The notes under the pieces were generated by a model. The model was not told where the DNA came from, searched no databases, and worked only from the letters and a program-made list of their open reading frames with translations. The position numbers and the translations under genes were made by a program. This document shows, piece by piece, positions 53,585 to 64,000 of a stretch of DNA of 64,000 bases; position 1 is the stretch's first letter; every line of letters begins with the position of its first letter. The DNA comes from Octopus sinensis (taxonomy: Eukaryota): NCBI RefSeq assembly GCF_006345805.1, contig NC_042998.1, forward strand, positions 133,052,001-133,116,000, in the 5' to 3' direction.

Positions 53585-53994
53585 GTATATATATATATAT
53601 ATATATGTGTGTGTGGTGTGTGTGTGTATATATATATATTGGAAGGTTTGGAGATGATGTACAGGTATTATATATTAGAAAAAATGAGGTAATCAGATCG
53701 GATGGTTCATATTTATAGATATTTATTTATGTATTACATTTTTTACATATATATCTATCATATCATTCAGATCTTATCATTCGAATTATTAGCGCTTTCT
53801 CCCAATCCAGTGGGGTTTTCAAATCAAATCAATTCCTTTGTGGGGAATTTGAACATTTTATAGAGTTTCGTAGCAGTGGGGAGGAATAAGACAGTATAAG
53901 AGGGTGAGGAGGAAGTGAGACAGAGAAAACATGTGTGTATGTGTATGTATGTGTGTGTGTGTGTGTGGTGTGTGTGTGTGTGTGTGTGTGTGTC

Positions 53995-54034
<40 letters not shown>

Positions 54035-54728
54035 TATATATGTATGTATATATATATATATAGACATTCATAAAATTTAAATGAGAAGAGGAAAAGTCAA
54101 ATTGAGTTACGTTTGTTTCCGTAAAAGGGCAATATTTCTATTCCATATCTCATATGTTATGAAAGTCATAAACTGTTCTACAATCCATGTCATAATATAT
54201 GGAAATACTTTCGGTCTATTTACATATCATGAAATGACATGCCCAGACGAACTCATCTTAAAACATTCTTTTGAACATAGTGCCATCAAATCATGGCATT
54301 TGAAAAACCAAATTGGCTAAAGAATTATCACATATTTCCATATATTATGATATAGATTATATAACATAATATAAAATATAGAACAAATATATTGTCCGTT
54401 GACGGAAACCATCGTAATGTCAATTTGACTTCTTACATAATTTAAATTATTACTAATATTATTCATTCTGCAGGTTTAGTTTTGAGCCTACTGTATCTTT
54501 CTGTGAAATTATGTAGTGCTTCCATTTGTTTACATCAGTCGAAGTGTTACGGATCTTTTGATTTTGCATTACTACGCTAACTGGGGCTGGACATGATGTG
54601 CTAAGGAGGTGGTATCCAAGATTATATTATTTATCTATCGATTGATCGATCGATCGATTAATCCATCCATCCATCCATCCATCCATCCATCCATCCATCC
54701 ATCCATCCATCTATCCATCCATCTATCC

Positions 54729-54763
<35 letters not shown>

Positions 54764-54826
54764 CATATATATGTATATATATATGTATATATATATATAT
54801 ATATATATAGATATATATATATATAG

Positions 54827-54858
<32 letters not shown>

Positions 54859-56057
54859 TATTATATATATATTAAAGAAATTATTCAAATATATATATAT
54901 ATATTTGAATGAAAGAAGGATAAAAATACCGTTTGCCAAACTATGTAGTTTCCGCGGACATAGGGATTTGTGGGGAAAACAATTGGGGGCTACTTTTGAG
55001 AACTGTTCCCCCCTCGTGGGTGTTTCTGAACAAGTCGTCCATATCTGTTTTATTTTCTCTGTTTTGTGCGTCTGTCCATCCGTAGATTTCTACCACACAT
55101 GCGCGCACACACACACACATATATGTAATTAAAAGTTCAAACGGGGAATTATTCCATTCAATATCATGTTTATCATAGAGATTATGTAACAAATTATGCT
55201 TTACACTTCTATATTTAATTGTGCGTGTATATTTCTTATTTTTGCTTCAGGTGTTCTCTGCCTTTCTATAAGAAACGTTTACCTGGGAATTTACGTAAAG
55301 TGAAAAAAATCGTGTGCAACTGTTAAGTCGTCTTAATAACATATTTCTGTGTACCAGACCTTTAGCTCTTATTTCTAGTATAACGAGTTTTCTGGAGAGG
55401 GCTTCATTTCCTTTCGTTGCCTGTTTGTAGCTTCAGTAAAACAACAATTTCTCCAAAAAAGATTTCAGTATAGACTTTCGGAAAATATGCTCAAAAAGAA
55501 ACAAAAAATATTCTGTGAATCTTCTCTGCTGCAAAAGCCCTTGTATCAATGATGGAATTTTTTTCTTACCTCTTTGCTGAATTCACAAAACTGACTGGTG
55601 GGAATAAAATGACCTGTTAATGTCCTGCCATATATATATGTGTGTGTGTGGATGTGTGCGTCACCAGTACCATAAATCTCTCTCTCCCCCCTCTCTCTCT
55701 ATCTGTCTATTCATCTGTCTCCCTCTCTCTCCTCTCTCTATCTCTCTTTCTGCCTCTTTCACTTCATTCACTGACTCTACCCCTTACCTCCACTCAATTT
55801 CAGCCCATTTCACACCATTCAGTTCTTTAATCCCTCGCACCACAACAATCTGCAGCACTACATTTTTCCTGTGTACCTAGAATTTTTGTCACCAGAGATA
55901 AAAGAGTCACTAGTCTTAGACACCCGCACACATAAGTCTGTCTCCAGTTTATTTCTTCATAGGGAATTAAGATGGCATTACTTTCAGTACTGTCTACTTC
56001 TATACTACATATATGCATGCAAGCACGGCCGCACGCACGCACACACACACGCACACA

Positions 56058-56088
<31 letters not shown>

Positions 56089-58374
56089 GTTTGTTATTAC
56101 CTACATGTTTTCACATACCACTAAATCAAATGAAATGATGATCTTATTCCGTCTATATAATGAAAACGACCTGTTGTCTCTAAAGTGTAAAAAATTTATA
56201 AAATTGTCCACAGAAGGGATGTAAGGAATTTTTTTAATAACTCATTCGCGAATTGCCCCTTTCACTTATTGGTATTCTAAACATTGTGTACAAAAAGTAT
56301 AACTTCACCATGATCCTATGCATGCCTCACCAAAATATTACCATACCCCAACAATATATTATCATGCCCCACGTTGGGAATCACGGATATATATATATAT
56401 ATAGAGAGAGAGAGAGGGAGGTGCAATACATTAAAGAGTTTTATAGAAGTGAGGTGAATGATAGAGTGGTTTAGTTTAATATAAGCTTTGTACTCTTCAT
56501 AATGCTTGAAATGTTTCCTACTTGTTCATGATTCAGTCAGTAAGTGCATAAATTTTTCATTCTAAAGGGAAGAAGAGGAAGGAAAAAAAAAAAAAAACCT
56601 CCGAGAAACAATATTATCACTGTTTACTAATCAAAACAAATAAACAAATCGAGAAACCCAATCGCATATTTCTTTGAAAAATTCCAAGACTAATTGTAAA
56701 ATTTCAGAACAATAAAAAATTAATGAATTGCCCAACTTACTTAGCTACTGATCGTTTATCCATCCAATTCAAGATCTTCTTTTATACCAGAATTATCTAA
56801 CACATTATCACTTGAGTAGAAATGATGCAAATATTAACAACAGCAGCAGCAACAACAACAGCAATAATAATATTAATAATAACTTTTGTTGTGAAATTAG
56901 TTCTTGATTACTATGAGATAAATCGTCTATACGAGAAGTTACTGTTTGGCTCACAAGGTAGCACTGATTAAGTATATCTTCCGTAATTGTTTGTTCTGGT
57001 ATTTTTGTTGTTTTTCAAACAATGATTCAAGAACACATCGTCTAATATGCACTTTATTGTTGTTGTTATTGTTCCTGTTGTTGAGCCTTCGATGAGTTTT
57101 GATCGAATGGATCTATCACTGATATTCCAACCAAAATCATCCCTTTTAGTATTCAGATATTTAAACGCGCCCATTCTTCTTTTTTTTAAATAGTAGCGAT
57201 AATATTTAAAAAAATTGTCTATCGTATCTAGTAATTGTCTATCGTATCATATAGTGCAAGGTAAAGTAGATTGCATTTGTTTCCTATCGAACGTATAGCT
57301 TTTTTTTGTGGATGATGTTCATGCTGTATGATACGTGTTTGCCTCTGTGTGTGTCTTTGTGTGTTCGAATGCATGTCTTTAGGATACAGTTAATTTCTTT
57401 TTCTTTGTAGAACCTGCAATTTCGATTTTCTGCTTGGATAACAGTAAATATTTTTTCTCAATGAAGTTTGGTCGGTCATGCTGCTGTTTGATGCTGAGTA
57501 GTTGTAATGTTTTAGTTCCCGATCACTGTCCATATTTTTCATGTAGCCAATCGAGAGATCTCCTGCATTCTTTTTATCATACAGAGGTTTTTGTTCAATT
57601 CGAAGAACCACTGAAATTTCTCCTGGTAGTTTCGCGACGTGTGACAGTTAACCCCAGACTCCGGTCCAGCCATGGCATATATAGTAATAATCTTACGTGT
57701 TGAGTTTCAATAAATGTTCACCTTCATCGCATTTATCAGAAGATAACTATTTCTCTTATTACCAGGCGAGTATCAAAGTTCCAGAGGATAGTACTGATCG
57801 TAGAAAGTCCTCGAATGCCGATGTAGCTGACTTCAACGCCATTTTGTATACGTGTATGTACGTATCACTTTTGATTTGACAGGGAATATTTCTTTAGGTT
57901 GCAGTAACCCGCCTACTTTCTCCTGTAAGGAAAAGCTACCAGCAATAGATCAATGTGCTATGCAGAGAAAATATTTATCTCATTTATTTTATGCAATGAA
58001 AACTGAGAATAAGAACGATGATTAGCTTTTTCACATTGTTTCTGAGAGTAGTGCTTTTTTCTTGGTGATCATTGCCCATTACAGATGTTGGTGTTTATGG
58101 CAACAGGCGCAACACAACGCTAATAGCCAGTACTGAAATATGAAACATCGATATTATAGCTTTTAATTTGATATCCTATTCACTTGACCCCCCTTTAACG
58201 GGACATTTAGAGATAATTGCTGAATAGACATATCAAATAACCAGTCATCATACTGCAGACAAGTCTTCTGTTTTATAATAAAATATTAAAAAAATATGAA
58301 GATATGCAAAATTAAACAAAGTGCAAAGCTTACAAGAGGGCGCTTCATAAGTGTCAGGCAGTATGTCTGTATGT

Positions 58375-58424
<50 letters not shown>

Positions 58425-59169
58425 GTATAAATATGTATGTATGTATGTATGTATATATGTATGTATGTATATAAAACTAAGACACATAGCATTATAAAGT
58501 AGTAGTAATTGAAAAGAAATAGTATTGATACATTAAATTAGTATTGAATACATAATGAATCGCCAGAGGCGGAATAGTAGGCCTCAGTAGAAATCAATAC
58601 GAATGGTAGTCTTAATGTAATCAATCGTAAAATAATTGAATTATTAAGACAAAACTGTGAAAAAAAAGAACAGCGACAACAGCAATTGACAGTATTGAGG
58701 AAATAGCCTAAAATAAACTCAGAAACCAGACACACTAAATTTGAAGAGGGAAGAAAAGTCGCATAAACAAAAAAATAACTATTAAATAACCAAAGTAGAT
58801 ATAAAAAAGAACAATTACTGCATCTTTCTCCCTATCCAACTTTTAAATGTACCTATACTCACCCGCACGGCATACATAGATAATAACACACACACACAGG
58901 CACACACACATATATAAAATGCATACAGAGTGGGAGAGAGTATACTGAACATATAACCAATAGGAAATGCTTTCTGTTTTCAAGCTTGGGACAAAGGTAA
59001 ATCCCGAGAAGCCTCCCAATCTTAAGGAAATGAAAGAAATATAAAAGCTTGTTAAATATGCATTATTGCCAGTATAAAGAAAACAAGACATAAATCCCGA
59101 AAATATACAAAATAAGCACCTTTTATAACATGAGTATATTAGCACAACAGGAATCTGGGGTTGATAATA

Positions 59170-59380
59170 CTTGCTACTCTAGGTACAAGGATTGAACTTT
59201 TGGGGAAGGGAACTAGTCGATTACATCGACACCAGTACGTTACAGGTACTTATTTAATCGACTCCGAAAGGATGAAAAGCAAAGTCGACCATGGTGGAAT
59301 TTGAACTCAGAACGTAAACACTGACGAAATACCGCTAAGCATTTTTGCCTGGTGTGTTAACGATTCTGTCAGCTCGCCCC
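59170..59380 (-). mobile_element. SINE family A
   Basis: Reverse complement of the family A head and core. Confidence 0.8.
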
Positions 59381-59429
<49 letters not shown>

Positions 59430-59432
<3 letters not shown>

Positions 59433-60165
59433 CAGAGAGTGAAAGTTTCATATCAGCTGCTCTAGACCAAAGCTTAGAGTCTTAGCACCTGTAGAATATA
59501 AAGCAAGACATGACAGAGTTGACCAGTATTTACACTGGACAATATGTCGGCATTATCAACTCAAAGCCGCTGACAAATGGTATAAACACCATCCTGAAGC
59601 TGTGACTGAGGGAGAAAATGTGCCGATTCTCTGGGACTTCCCCGTACATACCGTCAAAACTATAAAATCTAGTAAACCGGATATTATAAAAGATCAGACA
59701 AAAAAGGTGTGTTTATTAATTGACATGAATATTCCTTGCGATCACAATATAACGGCGAAAGAATTTGACAAGATCAGTAAATATAAAGACTTGCTATTAG
59801 AAATTGAAAAAATGTGGAATCTCAAGATGACTACAGTAACAGTTATTGTAGGATCTCTAGGAATGATAAAAAAAAAAGGTACTGAAACCTATTTAAAATG
59901 ATACCAGGCTTACCATCCCTACAGGAAGCGCAAAAGATCGTGATAACTGGAACGACTCATGTACTGAGAAGAGGATTATCGCTGTGAAAACAACATCCAT
60001 TCAGGAATTTATTTATTTATTTATTTTTTAAATACACATTTTACCTGTGAATTTGCGTGTGTAACCTGGAAATGCATACAATGAGCTTCTCTGCCCTATG
60101 TGTACGGAAAACACTCGGCGAGAAATGGAAGAAAATTTGAAGAAGGAAAAAAATAAAAATAAATA
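59430..60165 (+). mobile_element. R4/Dong-type LINE 3' end flanked by (TAA)n on both sides
   Basis: Translation TESESFISAALDQSL..YKARHDRV..LHWTICRHY..KWYKHHP..ILWDFPVHT..KPDII..LLIDMNIPCDHN..KEFDKISKYKDL..IVGSLG; (TAA)n at 59382-59428 and 60162-60262. Confidence 0.9.
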
Positions 60166-60174
60166 ATAATAATA

Positions 60175-60237
<63 letters not shown>

Positions 60238-60262
60238 TGATGATGATGATAATAAAAATAAT

Positions 60263-60452
60263 AATCCTTTCTGCTTTAGGCACAATTGGCCAGAAATTTA
60301 GGGTAGGTGGATAGTCGATTAAAACGTCCCCAATACTCAACTGGTACTTCATTTATCGACCCCGCAAAGTCAACTCCAGCAGAATTTGAACTCAATGTAA
60401 AGGCGGACGAAATACCGATAGCATTTCGTTCGGCGTGCTAACGTTTCTGCCT
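60263..60452 (-). mobile_element. SINE family A with (TAA)n tail
   Basis: GAATTTGAACTC and TTCGGCGTGCTAACGTTTCTGCC. Confidence 0.8.
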
Positions 60453-61227
60453 TAGTGTTATTAATATCGGTTTGTAAAGACCGGTAGATTAATAGAATTG
60501 TCGAATATACGATATTCAGTTACCATTAGTTACCTCCCGAGTTTGAATTCCGTAAAGTTAAGTTTACCTTTTATTATTGAGGAATTAACAATAGCAACCA
60601 ACTATATGGTCGACATTATCGAATATGCAAGACTCGCCAAAATTAGCAGCCATGTTAGAAATCAAGAGCACCGATTCGTATTATCGCAAACCACATAGTA
60701 AAACCATTTGAATGCGGGTTAATATTAATTAACGTGACTATTATACCTCACGACCTCTAATTTTATAAAAAAAAATTAGCATAGGTACAAGGCAATAATT
60801 TTGTAGGAACGAACACTCGCTTGTATTGGTCCCAGTACTAGACGGAAAAGGTGAAATTAGATCTTGGTGGGATTTGAACTCAGAAACTAAAGGGACATAG
60901 CTACATTGCAAAATATTTTGGACGCCATTCTAGCTATTTACGCGGTGAAATTAAGATATAACTTTGTATATCAGTGTTATCTGAGAACATATCGAGGAAA
61001 CATTCGTTCAAAATATTCGCATGGCATATCGAGAGAAATGAATGGAGAGACATGAATAGGGCAATATGGTGAAATTCAGACGACCGAAAATGTATCTAGA
61101 ACATTCTGAATGAATGAAAAGGAGATAAAACATAAAGTAAATAAAAAGAATAAAATAAAACTAAAGCATAACTGGCTTATGATCATCAATATAGAATATG
61201 AGGAGACCGGCTCAACCCATGTGTGAG

Positions 61228-61260
<33 letters not shown>

Positions 61261-61794
61261 CGAGGGCAATATCACGATATATTTCAAAATTATATCTCAT
61301 TCCCCCCATCGTGTTCGAGGTTAACTACCGGAAACACCCAGCATCGTTTCCGGTTATTTGGATAAAGTAAACAAATTACTATGAAACATATACTCGCGCG
61401 CACACATGCAATCTCACAGAGAGTCACAATAGCACACACACATACACACACACACGCACACACACACACACATGCACGCACACACACACATATTTGCATA
61501 CGTTAGACAAGCAAACATAGGCAGCCTTATTCACTTGGGGAATTGGTTTTATTTTTCTTTGCAAAAATTTCTTCACACAAACATTAAGTTTTTCAACTTA
61601 CAGAATCACAAAATACACAGAAGCGAGCAAACATGCATGCACTAACCAAATGTTTACTGCCACAAATACATACACAAACACAACAAATAAGCTAGAAGTG
61701 ACACATAACTAACTGCTTGGGATAAAATAGACCTGAAAATATGCGCCAAGGATTTTTCCTTCCACTAATAGACAAATCACAGATTAATGATTTC

Positions 61795-61960
61795 TCTATT
61801 AGGTACAATGCCTGAAATGTTGAAAGGAGGGGCTAAGTGGATATCATTGAGTCCACTACTTTACTGGTACTTTATTCTATCGGCCCCGAAAGGATTAAAG
61901 TCGGAATTGACATTGATGTGATTTGAACTCAGAACATAGACAGCCGGAAGACATTCTGCA
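61795..61960 (-). mobile_element. Degenerate SINE family A
   Basis: CTGGTACTTTATTCTATCGGCCCCGAAAGGAT...ATTTGAACTCAGAAC. Confidence 0.6.
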
Positions 61961-62589
61961 AGGCTTTTAAGATTCAAAAATTATGATATCTCACAATCTT
62001 AAATGCATAGAAGAATATGAGAATGGTAATTTTCATTCACTTCTTAGACAACCGCCCCTCCCCTCCAGCCATTGTCTTCCGGTGTTTTAAGATAATAATA
62101 ACGACCATCACCTCTTCTGAACAACTCCTGCTATGCATACATCGCTTCCATCGGTGAAGTTTTCACGACCAGAAAGGAAGCTTTCTCTGTGGTCGATCTA
62201 TTGGGTCTCAGAATTCGCATCCAAATCTCCCTCAAATCAGATATTACTGCCTTAAAAGGTAGTCTCGCATTCCCATATATTTGAAAACAAAAATGAAACT
62301 TTCTCAGTTGGAGTGCCTTTTATAATAGGTATTTGCTCAACCAGGGATGACCTAGAGGTTAAACAGCATATGTTCTCTATCGTCTCATCTTCTTTAGGGA
62401 CAATCTGGTAACATTTAATGATACATACATATAAATGCGTTACATCTTTCTAAGACAAACAAATGAACACTTGAGAAACGAATTTCGTATCAGAATCTAA
62501 TGAACACTATGAGATTTCAAACCATAAAAATTCTCTAGGAAGTAATTACACGTACCTTACAAACAGTGACATATTCGAAAGAATTGGGG

Positions 62590-62775
62590 ATTGGCGGAAC
62601 TCAGTGGTGCACCACGGAAAATGCCTTGTGGTATTTATTCCCGTCTTTTACGTGCTGAGTTGGAACCCCGCTGTGGTCAACTTTGCTTTTCATACCCCAC
62701 GAATCGCTAAGGTTTACGCACTGGGTTTGATTTAATCAACTAATCTTCAACAAAATTGTTGGTCTTGTGCCTCAA
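62590..62775 (+). mobile_element. Degenerate SINE family A
   Basis: GAAAATGCCTTGTGGTATTT...GGTCAACTTTGCTTTTCAT. Confidence 0.55.
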
Positions 62776-63404
62776 ACAAAAACATCACCAGCTATTTCAG
62801 CTCTCACTCCTCAGATATATTGATAATAGCAAGCCAAGCCAACGAGAAGCTACACTTGATCATTAGAACTGCTTAAAATAAACGGCCAAAAGACTCAGAT
62901 CATTTAATGACATCTTAGATAAAAGTCTTAGTGTAAAACTGACAGGATAAGCATGGCAAGAATGATTTTTTACATAGGTCATCTCGATCTGAGATGTCTT
63001 ATGATTAAACAATATCAGCAATATATAGGCACAAGATACACGAACGCGCACAAACACTCACACACATGCTAACATATTTACACAGCACACACGTAGTAAC
63101 GGTAGTCGCATGCATAGATGCTTACGTATGTAAAACCGAAAAATATCTTCTCAGCACAAATATTTTCTCAGCATCCGACAGGTTTCCACACCGTTTTCGG
63201 TTAATCTATTGCATTCCAAAGGCATAGGTCGACCCAAGTCTACAGTAAAAGATACTTCTTGCAAGTATGTAGCAAATACATCGGCGGTACGAAATCATTG
63301 CTATCAACTTCATAAGATACCGAGCAAATAATTAACAATCCATAGAACAGAATCGGTTTGAGAACTCCTTCAGTTCGTAACATTAACCATTGCGTCCGTG
63401 TGTA

Positions 63405-63496
<92 letters not shown>

Positions 63497-63513
63497 AATA
63501 GATAGATAGATAT

Positions 63514-63590
<77 letters not shown>

Positions 63591-63723
63591 GTGTGTGAGA
63601 GTATTTGTTTATTGTCGTGAATGTGTATGTGATTCTATAATTTATATCTTACTACCAACTTTCAGAGATATTGTGTAACCATTTATTAAAACCGAGGATG
63701 TAACTCAAGAAGACTACATTGCA

Positions 63724-63824
<101 letters not shown>

Positions 63825-64000
63825 GCATACATACATACATACATACATACATACATACATGCATGCAAGTATATGTGTGCATATATGTGTCTGCATGTGC
63901 TTCTATGTGTTGAGCGTGGTTACATACGTTGATGTGGAGTTTATGATTTATGTTTATGAATGCGAACGAATAAGTGTTCGTGCGAAATTACTTCGGTGGT

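Noticed and set aside
56968-57850. Minus-strand ORFs of 68 and 73 aa in non-repetitive sequence
   Set aside because: No recognisable motifs or consistent splice structure; a real exon cannot be excluded without RNA data.

Overview
AT-rich, microsatellite-dense eukaryotic DNA. The SINE families and repeat composition look like an octopus/cephalopod genome; this is inferred from recall of such repeats, not from a search. I found no convincing intact protein-coding gene, and nearly all listed ORFs are translations of (TA)n, (CA)n, (GATA)n or (TAA)n. The window is mostly transposon-derived. It holds many tRNA-derived SINEs of about four families, decayed Penelope-like element (PLE) fragments, R4/Dong-type LINE fragments embedded in (TAA)n, and a CR1-group LINE 3' end whose tail matches one SINE family. 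DNA elements include a full-length but dead DD34D mariner, a non-autonomous Helitron, a TA-TSD MITE and two GG-ended TIR elements carrying (CCCTAA)n arrays. The most interesting signal is a set of hammerhead-ribozyme (HHR) motifs. Two sequence-divergent copies (3638-3710 + and 30149-30223 -) have all core motifs but a non-circularly permuted, pseudoknotted strand order. A 441-bp palindrome (32786-33226) carries one minimal HHR per arm. All RNA pairings were derived by eye and are untested.
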